This document shows positions 31,352-41,779 of a stretch of DNA of 64,000 bases, in pieces. The stretch comes from an uncultured Fenollaria sp. (GTDB lineage Bacteria > Bacillota > Clostridia > Tissierellales > Peptoniphilaceae): NCBI RefSeq assembly GCF_946221515.1, contig NZ_CAMJVK010000001.1:7174-71173 (forward strand), given 5' to 3'. The position numbers and the translations under genes are program-made. The notes below the pieces were generated by a model, which worked only from the letters and a program-made list of their open reading frames with translations, was not told where the DNA came from and did no database searches. Positions within the stretch are counted from its first letter, which is position 1; every line of letters begins with the position of its first letter.

Positions 31352-33196
31352 CTATTTCTTAGTATTTTTTGATTTATACCTCTTGTTTGTATCCAATATT
31401 TTCTTTCTAATTCTAATAGATTTTGGTGTTACTTCTATTAGTTCATCGTCTTCAATGAATTCAAGTGCTTCCTCAAGCGATAATACTCTTGGTGGGCTAA
31501 GTCTGATGGCGTCGTCAGAGCCCGCTGCTCTTGTATTAGTCATTTGTTTCTTCTTAGTAACGTTAACCTCTATATCAAGGCCCTTTGGATTTTCTCCAAC
31601 AACCATGCCTTCATAAACTTCAGTTTGTGGTCCTATGAATAATATACCTCTGCCTTGAGCGATATTTAATCCATAGCTTGATGCTACGCCTGTTTCAAAG
31701 GCAATTAGTGATCCGGTAGTTCTTGTAGGTATCTCTCCTTTATATGGCTCATAGCCTAAGAAGCTCGAGTTTATAATACCTTCGCCGTGTGTATCAGTCA
31801 TAAACTCGCCTCTGTATCCAATTAAGCCTCTTGCAGGCATCTTAAATACTAGTCTCGAGTAACCAGCTGAGTTTTCTTTCATCTCTTGTAATTCAGCTTT
31901 TCTTCTTGATAATTTATCTATAACCGCTCCAACAAATTGTTCTGAAACGTCTACTGTAACCTTTTCCATAGGTTCAAGCTTTTTGCCGTTCTCATCAGTT
32001 TTGAATAGTACTTGTGGTTTTGATAATTGAAGTTCATAGTCTTCCCTTCTCATTGTTTCAACTAAAACTGATAAGTGAAGCTCCCCTCTACCTGAAACCT
32101 TAAATGCGTCAGTTGAATCAGTTTCTTCAACTCTCAATGATACATTTGATTGTAATTCCTTTTCTAGTCTTGTTCTTATTTGTCTAGATGTTACAAATTT
32201 ACCTTCTCTTCCTGCAAATGGTGAGTCATTAACAATGAAGTTCATAGAGATGGTTGGTTCAGATATCTTAACGAAGTCTAGTGCCTCTGGACATTCAGAA
32301 TCAGCTATAGTATCGCCAATGGATATGTCTTCAATACCTGTAACGGCAACTATTGCCCCGCCCTTTTGTTCATTTGTCTCAACTTTGTCAAGACCAATGA
32401 ATTCATAAAGTTTACCTATCTTAACTTTTCTTTGCATTTCTGGATGAAGCTTATTAACTAAGACAGCTTCTTGGCCATTCTTTATAGTACCTCTTTCAAT
32501 CTTGCCTATACCAATTCTACCAACATAGTCATTGTAGTCAATTGTTGATATAAGTAATTGTAGCGGCTCGTCTTCGTTTGATTCAGGAGCTGGTATATGC
32601 TCGACGATGGCGTCAAATAAGTCGTCCATATTATCTTTTTCGATAGTTGCTTGATTTGATGCGTAGCCTTTCTTAGCAGATGCAAAGATAAATGGAGCTT
32701 CTAGAGCTTCATCTTCAGCACCTAGTTCTATGAATAAGTCTAAAACTTCGTCGACTACTTGAACAGGTCTTGCTTCTGGTCTGTCAATCTTATTTATACA
32801 TACAATAACTGGTAGGTTTAAATCGAATGCCTTCTTCAATACGAATTTTGTTTGTGGCATAGGTCCTTCAAAGGCATCTACGACCAAAACTACACCATTA
32901 ACCATCTTTAGAACTCTCTCTACTTCACCACCGAAGTCAGCATGGCCGGGCGTATCAATGATATTAATCTTTTTACCGTTGTGTATAACGGCTGTATTTT
33001 TTGAAAGTATAGTAATACCACGCTCTTTTTCAAGATCTCCAGAGTCCATAACCCTGTCTTGAACAACTTGGTTTTCTCTGAAAGTTCCTGATTGTCTAAG
33101 CATTTGGTCGACTAAGGTTGTCTTTCCATGGTCAACGTGCGCTATGATTGCTATATTTCTTAAATCTTCTCTTAACATATTATTCCTCCTAAACAC
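31352..33196 (-). CDS. typA: Translational GTPase TypA/BipA
   Basis: G1 AHVDHGKTT, G3 DTPGHADF, G4 NKID, and an EF-G-like domain organisation. 614 aa. Confidence 0.95.
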   Translation of the reverse strand: MFRRNNMLREDLRNIAIIAHVDHGKTTLVDQMLRQSGTFRENQVVQDRVMDSGDLEKERGITILSKNTAVIHNGKKINIIDTPGHADFGGEVERVLKMVNGVVLVVDAFEGPMPQTKFVLKKAFDLNLPVIVCINKIDRPEARPVQVVDEVLDLFIELGAEDEALEAPFIFASAKKGYASNQATIEKDNMDDLFDAIVEHIPAPESNEDEPLQLLISTIDYNDYVGRIGIGKIERGTIKNGQEAVLVNKLHPEMQRKVKIGKLYEFIGLDKVETNEQKGGAIVAVTGIEDISIGDTIADSECPEALDFVKISEPTISMNFIVNDSPFAGREGKFVTSRQIRTRLEKELQSNVSLRVEETDSTDAFKVSGRGELHLSVLVETMRREDYELQLSKPQVLFKTDENGKKLEPMEKVTVDVSEQFVGAVIDKLSRRKAELQEMKENSAGYSRLVFKMPARGLIGYRGEFMTDTHGEGIINSSFLGYEPYKGEIPTRTTGSLIAFETGVASSYGLNIAQGRGILFIGPQTEVYEGMVVGENPKGLDIEVNVTKKKQMTNTRAAGSDDAIRLSPPRVLSLEEALEFIEDDELIEVTPKSIRIRKKILDTNKRYKSKNTKK

Positions 33197-33238
33197 TACC
33201 TTTTATTATAATACTTTTTTATAATAATTACAAGTATT

Positions 33239-33634
33239 TTACTCTCTATCATCAATAAAGCTTGAAAAAATAGTGCATTTTATACCATGTTCCAATCTAG
33301 CAACGCTGTCTGTCAAGGCTTCAACTATCTTTAGTCCCCTTCCACCAAGGTCACAGGCAGCATTATTCGAGCATATGCTAAGAGTCCCGACCCCTTCATC
33401 TTCAACTCTAAGTTTTATTGACTCATTGCATATAGATATGTATAGCTTTACTTTTTTATCCTTGCTATATTGGTTGCCATGTGATGCGGAATTAAGCATA
33501 AGCTCATTAAGAACAAGCCTAATATTAAATATCATCTCATTAGGCAAATATTCATATAGATTTTCTACTATTCTATCTACAAATATCTCGACACTTTCAA
33601 TATTTGAAGATACTGTTCCATAAAATTTATACAT
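33239..33634 (-). CDS. GHKL/HATPase_c-domain protein, anti-sigma-factor-type serine kinase-like (orphan)
   Basis: 131 aa. N-box-like NELMLNSASHG and G-box-like DEGVG...GGRGLKIV motifs. No adjacent STAS/anti-anti-sigma gene. Confidence 0.55.
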   Translation of the reverse strand: MYKFYGTVSSNIESVEIFVDRIVENLYEYLPNEMIFNIRLVLNELMLNSASHGNQYSKDKKVKLYISICNESIKLRVEDEGVGTLSICSNNAACDLGGRGLKIVEALTDSVARLEHGIKCTIFSSFIDDRE

Positions 33635-33689
33635 TATATCCTTCCCCTACTAATCTATTTATACCCGTGATAAAAAATTATTAAGCAAA

Positions 33690-33719
33690 TTGTTACAAAT
33701 TATCTGTTTTGGGTATAAA
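33690..33719 (+). promoter_or_regulatory. Putative promoter of the rubredoxin gene
   Basis: TTGTTA-18 nt-TATAAA about 25 nt upstream of the GGAGG RBS. Confidence 0.45.
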
Positions 33720-33745
33720 TAAATCGAAAGGAAGGAGGTTGCATT

Positions 33746-33904
33746 ATGGACAAATATGAATGCGATGCATGCGGTTATGTTTATGATCCTGAAATAGGTG
33801 ATCCAGACGGAGGTATAGCTCCAGGAACAGCTTTTGAAGACATCCCTGATGATTGGGTTTGCCCAGTTTGTGGTGTTGGTAAGGACATGTTTTCTAAAAT
33901 GTAA
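33746..33904 (+). CDS. Rubredoxin
   Basis: 52-aa ORF, below the ORF-track length cut-off. Sequence [49 protein letters not shown] has the two CxxCG iron-binding knuckles. A strong GGAGG RBS lies 7 nt upstream, and a terminator follows immediately. Confidence 0.85.
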   Translation: MDKYECDACGYVYDPEIGDPDGGIAPGTAFEDIPDDWVCPVCGVGKDMFSKM

Positions 33905-33916
33905 CTAAGTAAATTA

Positions 33917-33940
33917 AAAGCCGAAGTGATTCGGCTTTTT
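33917..33940. terminator. Bidirectional intrinsic terminator (rubredoxin on +, engB operon on -)
   Basis: AAAGCCGAA-GTGA-TTCGGCTTT, flanked by A-rich sequence 5' and T-rich sequence 3'. Confidence 0.7.
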
Positions 33941-34005
33941 CATTTATGATATAGTTAAAGGCGCTCTTATCAGTAGTGATATAAGCGCCTTTCTTCTTAA
34001 TATTA

Positions 34006-34602
34006 TTAAATTATCTCTTCGAACTTATTTAGTACTTCTTTAACTCCTCTTTTGTCTTGCGAGGAAAATGGTATTAGTAAATCCTTATCCAAGTCGTGAA
34101 GTGTTTTATTTATTATGCTTACTTGTTTTAGTACTTGTGATGATTTTAACTTATCTAGCTTATTAGCTATGATGAGATAATCCGTTCCAGTTGATCGAAT
34201 GTAATCATACATCATTAAGTCTAGCTTTGTTGGCTCGTGCCTAATATCAATTATTTGACAGATAAGAGCAATGTTTTGAGACTTAACAAGGTATTCTTCT
34301 ATAATCTTCTTCCACTTCTCTCTTTCCTTCATGGATATTTTTGCATATCCATAGCCAGGAAGGTCAACTATTCTAAACTTATTATCCATATTATAAAAGT
34401 TAATAGTTCTAGTCTTTCCAGGTGAAGACGATGTATAAGCAAGTTTCTTTCTGTTAGTAAGCGCATTTATAAATGAGCTCTTACCAACATTACTTCTACC
34501 GACTAAGACTATCTCTTTAAGACCATCTTTTGGGTAACTTTTCTCGTCGACTGCCATCCTCTCTAAGAAGGGTTCATTAATCTTAAGCATCTTTATCACC
34601 AT
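34006..34602 (-). CDS. engB: Ribosome biogenesis GTP-binding protein YsxC/EngB
   Basis: GRSNVGKSS P-loop and DLPGYG motif. 198 aa. Canonical position after lon. Confidence 0.9.
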   Translation of the reverse strand: MVIKMLKINEPFLERMAVDEKSYPKDGLKEIVLVGRSNVGKSSFINALTNRKKLAYTSSSPGKTRTINFYNMDNKFRIVDLPGYGYAKISMKEREKWKKIIEEYLVKSQNIALICQIIDIRHEPTKLDLMMYDYIRSTGTDYLIIANKLDKLKSSQVLKQVSIINKTLHDLDKDLLIPFSSQDKRGVKEVLNKFEEII

Positions 34603-36967
34603 CTATGAAAATAATTTTGCTAAGCTCTTTAAAATTATTAACGTAGTGTACATTAAGACTTTCTTTAATATTTTTTGGAAGCTTTTCAAAATCTTTCTTA
34701 TTTTCCATAGGAAGTATTAAATCCCTAATCTTCATTCTCTTAGCAGCAAGCGCCTTCTCTTTAAGACCGCCAATAGCAAGGACATTGCCTAATAAAGTAA
34801 TCTCGCCTGTCATGGCAAAGTATCTGTTAATCTTTTGATCTGTTAGAGCCGATAGTATAGCTGTTGTTATTGTAATACCAGCACTTGGACCGTCTTTTGG
34901 TATAGCGCCTTCTGGTACGTGAACGTGTATGTCGTAATCTTTGAACTTCTTTTTGTCAATATTAAAGTACTCGTAGTTAGCCTTTAAGTAGCTTATCGCT
35001 AATTGACAAGACTCTTGCATAACTTTACCAAGATTACCAGTTATATTAAGTTTGCCATCACCTGGCATCAATTGAGCTTCAACGTTTATGGTATCGCCAC
35101 CTACCCTTGTCCACGCAAGTCCTACAGCCTTACCAACGCTGTCCTCTTTATCAACTAAGTTGTATTCAAAAATAGGTCCTTCTAGCAATTTATCAACAGT
35201 TTTTACATCAACTTTTTTAACTAGCTCATCATCCATATATTTTTTATAAACTAATTTTCTGATTATTGATTGTATCTTTCTTTCAAGCTCTCTTACACCC
35301 GACTCTCTTGTGTAATTATCAATGAGTCTATAAAGAGCCTCATCGTCAAATTTTATTGCATCTTTACTTAAACCAGCATTTTCTAAAGACTTTGGTACTA
35401 GGTACTTCTTTGCTATATTAAGTTTTTCTTCGTCAGTGTAGCCCTCTATCCTTATAATTTCAAGCCTATCAAGTAAAGCTTCCGGTATTGTATCTAACGA
35501 GTTTGCTGTAGTTATAAATAATACTTCTGACAAATCATATGGAAGTTCTAAGTATCTATCAGTAAAGTCACTATTTTGAGAGCTGTCAAGCACTTCTAGT
35601 AGTGCACTCGATGGGTCTCCTCTAAAATCTTGACCTATCTTATCTATCTCGTCAAATAAAAATACTGGGTTTTTTGACTTAGCCTTCTTCATTAAAGAAA
35701 TAATTCTTCCTGGCATTGATCCAACATATGTCCTCATGTGACCTCTAATATCAGCTTCGTCCTTGATACCGCCTAGTGACATCCTAACAAAATTTCTGTT
35801 CGTAGCATTGGCTATAGAGTTAGCGATAGATGTCTTACCAACCCCTGGAGGTCCAACAAAGCATATGATAGAGCCTTTTATAGCTTTCTTATTATTAAGT
35901 ATAGCAAGGTATTCAAGTATCCTGTCCTTAACATCTTTTAAGCCGTAATGATCCCTATCAAGTATCTCCTTAGCTAACTTTAAATCCTTTGTATCCTTAG
36001 TTCTAGTATTCCAAGGAAGGTCCTTAATTAACTCGATATATTGAAGTGTGGAAGGATAATCAGGTGATGTCACTGGCGTTTGCTCAAGCTTCTCTATCTC
36101 CTTAAAAGCCTTCTCCTCTACTTCTTTTGGAGCTTTTAATTTTTTAATATCACTTCTATATGCATCAAAAATATTTTTAGCTCCAGATTTATCCGCATTA
36201 AGTTCATTTTTTATAATCTTTAATTGTTCATGAAGGATGTAGTCTCTTTGATTTTTGTCCATGGCATCTTTTGTTTTATCTTGAAGTGTTTGTAAAACCT
36301 CAATTGTAACTATGGATTTATTGATAGTATCAATAACTATCTTAGTTCTTTCCTTCTTGTCAAGTGCATTATTATAATCTTGAGTAATTTTTTTATCAAT
36401 ATCTAGCCTTGAGAATATACTATCCAAAAACACATTGTAGTCAACAGCACTTGGAATTATCCTGTCCTTACTTGATTGACTCTCCATAATGAGTGCATTT
36501 AACTTATCGAGTGAACTCTTAACTACCTCAGAGTATGTAATATTCTCAGGATTGTCAAATGAATAGTCATTCTCATCATTTAATTTTATAAGATCACCAT
36601 AAATAATGCCGTCGTTCTTAAAAACATTAGTCAAATAAACCTTAGATAGAGTTCTAAAATTCATCTTCATGTACTTATTGTTAGGAACTATGGATTCAAT
36701 CTCAGCAAGTATGCCTATCTCGTGAACTGATTTTTCGCTTGATATAGACTTTCTATTTGTTTTTAATTGAAAAACAGCAAAGATACCATTAGTCTTAGAT
36801 GCCTTCGCTATAGAAGTAACCAAGTCTTCATTATCTAGATTGATACTGTAAAAATTATTACTAACAAGGTTTAAATCTTGAATTGAAACGATAGGCACTT
36901 TGATGCCATCTTCACCATAGTCATCATCTAATGAAAAATTATCGATTATTTCTTCATAATTATCCAT
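34583..36967 (-). CDS. lon: ATP-dependent Lon protease
   Basis: AAA+ Walker A GPPGVGKTS, a C-terminal protease domain with the Ser-Lys dyad region (PKDGPSAG), and an N-terminal LON domain. 794 aa. Confidence 0.95.
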   Translation of the reverse strand: MDNYEEIIDNFSLDDDYGEDGIKVPIVSIQDLNLVSNNFYSINLDNEDLVTSIAKASKTNGIFAVFQLKTNRKSISSEKSVHEIGILAEIESIVPNNKYMKMNFRTLSKVYLTNVFKNDGIIYGDLIKLNDENDYSFDNPENITYSEVVKSSLDKLNALIMESQSSKDRIIPSAVDYNVFLDSIFSRLDIDKKITQDYNNALDKKERTKIVIDTINKSIVTIEVLQTLQDKTKDAMDKNQRDYILHEQLKIIKNELNADKSGAKNIFDAYRSDIKKLKAPKEVEEKAFKEIEKLEQTPVTSPDYPSTLQYIELIKDLPWNTRTKDTKDLKLAKEILDRDHYGLKDVKDRILEYLAILNNKKAIKGSIICFVGPPGVGKTSIANSIANATNRNFVRMSLGGIKDEADIRGHMRTYVGSMPGRIISLMKKAKSKNPVFLFDEIDKIGQDFRGDPSSALLEVLDSSQNSDFTDRYLELPYDLSEVLFITTANSLDTIPEALLDRLEIIRIEGYTDEEKLNIAKKYLVPKSLENAGLSKDAIKFDDEALYRLIDNYTRESGVRELERKIQSIIRKLVYKKYMDDELVKKVDVKTVDKLLEGPIFEYNLVDKEDSVGKAVGLAWTRVGGDTINVEAQLMPGDGKLNITGNLGKVMQESCQLAISYLKANYEYFNIDKKKFKDYDIHVHVPEGAIPKDGPSAGITITTAILSALTDQKINRYFAMTGEITLLGNVLAIGGLKEKALAAKRMKIRDLILPMENKKDFEKLPKNIKESLNVHYVNNFKELSKIIFIDGDKDA

Positions 36968-36985
36968 ATCTTTCTCCTTTAATAA

Positions 36986-37012
36986 AAGGCCGAAACATAT
37001 CTGTCCGGCCTT
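36986..37012 (-). terminator. Intrinsic terminator downstream of clpX
   Basis: AAGGCCG...CGGCCTT hairpin preceded by AATAAAA on the plus strand. Confidence 0.6.
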
Positions 37013-37043
37013 ATTGAGCTTCTAAATAAGCAATCTGCTTAAT

Positions 37044-38297
37044 CTATGAAACGATTTTTTCTTCTTTATCCTTATCGTCACTATGATAAGTAAGCTTCTT
37101 CTTTCCATCTATAACAGAACTATCTATCTTTAATGTTCCATCGTACTTCTTAGATGGAAGTTCATACATTATGTCAAGCATTACTTTTTCAATAATACTT
37201 CTTAGTCCTCTAGCTCCAGTTTTCATTTCAATAGCTTTTTGAGCTATCCTTCTAACTGCATCGTCAGTAAACTCAAGCTCTGCGCCATCCATCCTAATAA
37301 GCTCTTGATATTGCTTAATAAGTGCGTTCTTTGGCTCTGTTAGTATCTTAACTAAATCAACTTCCTTAAGCTCGTTAAGTGTTACTGTAACTGGAAGTCT
37401 ACCTATTAGTTCTGGTATTAAACCAAACTTCATTAAGTCTTCGCTCTCAACATGCTTTAAAGCTTCTGACTTTTGTTTAGATTTATCGAAAATTTCTGAT
37501 CCAAAGCCGTAAGACTTTTTATTAGTTCTCTTTGCAATGATGTCATCTAGTCCTTGGAAGGCTCCGCCAACTATGAAGAGTATATTACTTGTATCAACTT
37601 GAATAAACTCCTCTTGTGGATGCTTTCTTCCGCCTTGTGGAGGAACATTAGCTATAGTTCCCTCTAAGATCTTTAGAAGCGCTTGTTGAACGCCTTCACC
37701 GCTAACATCTCTTGTTATGGAAACGTTTTCGCTTTTCTTAGCAATCTTATCAATCTCATCTACATATATAATGCCTCTTTCGGCTCTATCTACATCGTAG
37801 TTCGCATTTTGGATAAGCTTAAGAATGATGTTTTCAACATCTTCACCAACGTAGCCTGCTTCAGTAAGAGTAGTTGCATCACATATTGCAAATGGAACGT
37901 TAAGTATCCTTGCTAATGTCTCAGCAAGAAGTGTTTTACCGCTTCCTGTTGGGCCAAGTAAAAGTATGTTGCTTTTTTTTATTTCTACATCTTTATCAGT
38001 AGTATCCTTTGTGATTCTCTTATAATGGTTATATACAGCAACAGATAAAGTCTTCTTAGCGTCATCTTGTCCGATGACATATTCGTCTAAAGACTTCTTT
38101 ATCTCCATTGGTGTAGGTAAAACCATATCTTCGAAGTCATAATTTTCTTCATTTAGTAGATGGTCTTCCTCTAATATATCCATACAAACGTTAATACATT
38201 CATCACAGATGTATACATTTGGTCCAGATATCAATCTTTTGACTTCGTTTTGAGTTTTTCCACAAAAGGAACATCTTATTTCATCATATTTCGACAT
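37044..38297 (-). CDS. clpX: ATP-dependent Clp protease ATP-binding subunit ClpX
   Basis: N-terminal C4 zinc finger (CSFCGK...CDEC), Walker [12 protein letters not shown]-loop region. 417 aa. Confidence 0.95.
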   Translation of the reverse strand: MSKYDEIRCSFCGKTQNEVKRLISGPNVYICDECINVCMDILEEDHLLNEENYDFEDMVLPTPMEIKKSLDEYVIGQDDAKKTLSVAVYNHYKRITKDTTDKDVEIKKSNILLLGPTGSGKTLLAETLARILNVPFAICDATTLTEAGYVGEDVENIILKLIQNANYDVDRAERGIIYVDEIDKIAKKSENVSITRDVSGEGVQQALLKILEGTIANVPPQGGRKHPQEEFIQVDTSNILFIVGGAFQGLDDIIAKRTNKKSYGFGSEIFDKSKQKSEALKHVESEDLMKFGLIPELIGRLPVTVTLNELKEVDLVKILTEPKNALIKQYQELIRMDGAELEFTDDAVRRIAQKAIEMKTGARGLRSIIEKVMLDIMYELPSKKYDGTLKIDSSVIDGKKKLTYHSDDKDKEEKIVS

Positions 38298-38300
38298 TTA

Positions 38301-38882
38301 TTAATGTTTCTCCATAACTTTATCTATAAGACCGTACTTAACTGCTTCTTCTGCATTTAAGTAGTAGTCTCTGTCAGTATCTCTATTGATTATCTCAATA
38401 TCTTGTCCAGTTTTTTCTGACAGTATCTTATTTATTCTCTTTCTAATTTCAAGAATCTTTTCTGCTTGAATACGAATGTCTTCAGCTTGTCCTTGAGTTC
38501 CACCAAGTGGTTGATGTATCATAATATCTGCATTTGGTAGAGCATATCTCTTTCCTTTAGTGCCTGATGCTAATAGAAAGGCGCCCATTGACGCAGCTAA
38601 ACCAACGCATATAGTTGATACATCAGGCTTTATATATTGCATTGTATCATATATAGCAAAGCCAGCTGATACTGAGCCTCCTGGTGAATTTATATAAATT
38701 TGTATATCTTTATCAGGATCTTCTGCTTCTAGAAATAACAATTGAGCTACAATTAAGTCAGCCATCTCATTGTTTATTTCGCCTGACAAGAAAATAATTC
38801 TTTCTTTTAAAAGCCTTGAGTAGATATCATATGACCTTTCTCCTCTGGAACTTTGTTCTACAACCATAGGAATTAATGCCAT
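38301..38882 (-). CDS. clpP: ATP-dependent Clp protease proteolytic subunit ClpP
   Basis: Catalytic Ser context GLAASMGAF and His region MIHQPLGG. 193 aa. Confidence 0.95.
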   Translation of the reverse strand: MALIPMVVEQSSRGERSYDIYSRLLKERIIFLSGEINNEMADLIVAQLLFLEAEDPDKDIQIYINSPGGSVSAGFAIYDTMQYIKPDVSTICVGLAASMGAFLLASGTKGKRYALPNADIMIHQPLGGTQGQAEDIRIQAEKILEIRKRINKILSEKTGQDIEIINRDTDRDYYLNAEEAVKYGLIDKVMEKH

Positions 38883-38894
38883 TTTATCACCCCA

Positions 38895-40184
38895 TTAAAT
38901 ATATTTTACTTTTTTCTTTATATCGTCTATTGCTTTTGAGTTTAATATACCTCTATCTAAGAATTCTAGAGATCCTTCACTCATTGTCTTTTTAAATTCT
39001 TCTTTATCTTCTGCTTTATACATTTCAGCTAATTTATCAAGTTCTTTGTCATAATCTCTCTTTGTTGCTTTTAATTTATTTTCTTGAGCATATTTTTCAA
39101 GAATTAAACCAAGTTTAACTCTCTTTTCAGCAGGTTCTTTGAATGTTTCCTTGATTTCTTCGTCTGTATTTCCAGTATACTTCTTGTAATCTTCATAGTT
39201 CAAGCCTTGAGCTTGTAGTCTATATTGGAAGTTTCTTAATTCGTTTTCTACTTCGTCTTCAATCATTCTATTTGGAACATCAAATTTTGTTTCTTCAATA
39301 ACTTTATCAAGTACTTTGTTTTCTCTTTGAGCGTCAATCATTTCATTGAATTGAGCTTTTAATTTCTTTCTTAAATCTGCTTTAAATTCTTTTAATGTAT
39401 CAAATTCAGAAACATCTGATGCAAAGTTATCATCAAGTTCAGGCAATTCTTTAACTTTAATTTCATTTATAGTGCAGATAAATTTAACGTCTTTACCTTT
39501 TAGATCTTCTGCATGATATTCTTCAGGGAATTTAACATTTACATCAAATTCTTCGCCTATAGCTCTATCTACTAATTGATCCTCAAAGCCTGGTATAAAT
39601 GAATTAGAACCAATTTCTAGTTCATAATCTTTTGCTTCTCCTCCTTGGAAAGCTTCGTTATCTACATAGCCTTTGAAATCAAGCTTAACTATATCACCTT
39701 TTTTAGTCTTTCTATCTTCGATAATAGTGTATCTAGCATTTTCGTTTCTTAATCTTTCGATTTCATTTGTAACTACTTCTTTATCGAATTCTTCTTTAAC
39801 GTCTTCAACTTCTATCTCTTCAAAGTTTGGTAATTCAAACTCAGGAACTACTTCTACTACAAATGTAAAGTTAATATTTTCATTTTCTTTGAAGTCTTTA
39901 ACGTCAACATCTGGTTGGTCAACAACTTTTAAATCTAATTCTTCTAATGCCTTTGGATAGATTTCTTGAAGCATGATGTTTATAGCTTCATCGTAAAATA
40001 CTTGAACGCCATAGTTTTGTTCAATAATCATCTTAGGTACTTTACCTTTTCTAAATCCAGGAATATTGAATTTTGATCTAATCTTCTTATAAGCTTCGTC
40101 TATCTTAGGTTCAAAATCCTTCCAATCTACGTCTACATTGAAGTAAACTTTATTTTTTTCTCTTTTGTCAAAATTAACTTTCAC
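38895..40184 (-). CDS. tig: Trigger factor
   Basis: N-terminal ribosome-binding signature GFRKGKVP and a PPIase middle domain. 429 aa. Confidence 0.93.
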   Translation of the reverse strand: MKVNFDKREKNKVYFNVDVDWKDFEPKIDEAYKKIRSKFNIPGFRKGKVPKMIIEQNYGVQVFYDEAINIMLQEIYPKALEELDLKVVDQPDVDVKDFKENENINFTFVVEVVPEFELPNFEEIEVEDVKEEFDKEVVTNEIERLRNENARYTIIEDRKTKKGDIVKLDFKGYVDNEAFQGGEAKDYELEIGSNSFIPGFEDQLVDRAIGEEFDVNVKFPEEYHAEDLKGKDVKFICTINEIKVKELPELDDNFASDVSEFDTLKEFKADLRKKLKAQFNEMIDAQRENKVLDKVIEETKFDVPNRMIEDEVENELRNFQYRLQAQGLNYEDYKKYTGNTDEEIKETFKEPAEKRVKLGLILEKYAQENKLKATKRDYDKELDKLAEMYKAEDKEEFKKTMSEGSLEFLDRGILNSKAIDDIKKKVKYI

Positions 40185-40270
40185 TTAATTCACTCCTTAA
40201 AATTACTTATGTTGTTATTATATCACTAATATTGCTATAAGTAAATAAATATTTTACTTAATTACACAAG

Positions 40271-40303
40271 AAAAAGTCAAACAAGATCAAAGTTTGACTT
40301 TTT
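40271..40303 (-). terminator. Intrinsic terminator of lemA; the palindrome also overlaps the tig promoter region
   Basis: AGTCAAAC (40275-82), a 9-nt loop, GTTTGACT (40292-99), flanked by an A5 and a T5 run. Confidence 0.6.
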
Positions 40304-40310
40304 AATTAAA

Positions 40311-40889
40311 TTATTTACCGAAATCAACACTTGGTGCGTTCTCTGCTCCATCTTGAGCTTTAAATGTTTCAAATTTATCAAAGCCTAGCATCGATGCAAA
40401 GATATTGTTAGGGAATGTCCTAACTGATTTATTGAATTCAGTTGCTTCGTTATTAAAGTCACGTCTTGCAACTGCTATCCTGTTTTCAGTTCCTGCTAAT
40501 TCATCTTGTAAACTTAAGAAGTTTTCATTAGCTTTTAAATCTGGATAGTTTTCTACAACTATGTTAATGTTTTTAGCTAGTTCTGTATCAAGCTTTTCAT
40601 AGTCTTCAGGTGTTTTTGCATCTGTGTATCCACTTCTAAGTTTAGCAATGTTTTCAAGTGTTTCTTCTTCGTGTTGAGCGTAACCCTTTACTGTTTCAAC
40701 TAAGTTTGGTATTAGGTCAGCTCTTCTTTGATATTGTGTTTGAACTTCTGCCCATGTCTTATTAACATTCTCTTGTCTGTTAACTAGGCCATTGTACTTA
40801 GATGCTACTAGTGCACCTAAAGCAATTACTATTACTAGTATTATTAAAAGTGGTGAAAACCTACCTCTTTTTTGTCTTTTTTCTTCCAT
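40311..40889 (-). CDS. lemA: LemA family membrane protein
   Basis: Single N-terminal transmembrane helix and a LemA domain. 192 aa. Paired with a TPM-domain gene as usual. Confidence 0.85.
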   Translation of the reverse strand: MEEKRQKRGRFSPLLIILVIVIALGALVASKYNGLVNRQENVNKTWAEVQTQYQRRADLIPNLVETVKGYAQHEEETLENIAKLRSGYTDAKTPEDYEKLDTELAKNINIVVENYPDLKANENFLSLQDELAGTENRIAVARRDFNNEATEFNKSVRTFPNNIFASMLGFDKFETFKAQDGAENAPSVDFGK

Positions 40890-40917
40890 TTCCTATTCTC
40901 CTTTATTTAAAATTTAT

Positions 40918-41730
40918 TTACCAAGATCCTGATGCTCCGCCGCCGCCAGATGAACCGCCGCCAAATGAGCCGCCACCTGATCCGCCGAAGCCACCAAATC
41001 CGCCTGAACCACCAGAGCCTCCGAAAAAGCCACCGAATGGATCATCGTCATCGAAAAATATATTTCTACGTCTTCGTCTATACATTCTTCCTCTTCTGCC
41101 GTAGATATATCTTGATCTATTAAGTCTAGATGTAAATATTATAAATAAAAATATAATTAGTATTATCATCGCTGGGCTTATCGAAAAATCATCTTCAAGT
41201 CCTAGCTTATCTACATCTATATCCTGAATCTTTACATTGTACTCTTCGCCAATATAATAAATTATACTATCGAATGCATCTCTAATGCCTTTATCATAAT
41301 CTTCTGCTTGAAAATTTGGTTTTATTACATTTCTTATAATTCTTCCAGCTTTAGCGTCATTTATCGCGCCTTCGAGCCCATAACCAACTTCTATTCTTAC
41401 TTGTCTATCATTAAGGCTTACTAATAAAAGCACTCCGTTGTTCTTTTTCTTATCGCCTACGCCCCAGTCTCTAAAAACTTTATTAGAAAATGATTCTATA
41501 TCCGTTCCTCCTAGGTCGTTGACAGTAAGTACAGCGACTTGGCTTCCGTATTCTTTCATCTTTTTATTTGTTTCATTAATATAATCTACAGTGTCCTGTG
41601 AGATAATATTTGCTTTATCAAGTACAAATCCATAATCAGGCTTTGAGATTGCTTTTGCAGTAAAGCCTTGTAGGAAAAGTATTTGAACTATATATATTAT
41701 TATAAATTTTTTAAGAAAGCTCTTTTTCAT
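40918..41730 (-). CDS. TPM-domain (YgcG-like) protein with C-terminal transmembrane helix and Gly-rich tail
   Basis: Signal peptide, TPM phosphatase-like domain, a transmembrane helix, an RR-rich segment, and a GGSGGFGGFGG low-complexity tail. 270 aa. Confidence 0.8.
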   Translation of the reverse strand: MKKSFLKKFIIIYIVQILFLQGFTAKAISKPDYGFVLDKANIISQDTVDYINETNKKMKEYGSQVAVLTVNDLGGTDIESFSNKVFRDWGVGDKKKNNGVLLLVSLNDRQVRIEVGYGLEGAINDAKAGRIIRNVIKPNFQAEDYDKGIRDAFDSIIYYIGEEYNVKIQDIDVDKLGLEDDFSISPAMIILIIFLFIIFTSRLNRSRYIYGRRGRMYRRRRRNIFFDDDDPFGGFFGGSGGSGGFGGFGGSGGGSFGGGSSGGGGASGSW

Positions 41731-41779
41731 ACTTACCTCCGTATATAAAATATACCCGAAATGTCATGCTTTTAATCAA

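Noticed and set aside
33958-33992. Second hairpin (AAAGGCGCT...AGCGCCTTT, 18-nt loop) after the rubredoxin terminator as a separate regulatory element.
   Set aside because: The large loop and the lack of a flanking conserved motif make it most simply a backup terminator or spacer between convergent transcription units. Nothing supports a riboswitch or sRNA.
40271-40303. AGTCAAAC...GTTTGACT resembles CtsR heptads (A/GGTCAAA) upstream of the tig-clpP-clpX operon.
   Set aside because: CtsR operators are tandem direct heptad repeats. Here the two halves are inverted, forming an 8-bp stem flanked by A and T runs. This fits an intrinsic terminator for lemA better.
40802-41104. 100-aa proline-rich ORF (PPPPDEPPPNEPPPDPPKPPNPPEPPEPP) on the + strand.
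   Set aside because: It is the antisense shadow of the Gly-rich (GGN-codon) C-terminal tail of the TPM-domain gene on the - strand. GGN reverse-complements to NCC, which gives Pro. There is no independent start or RBS context.
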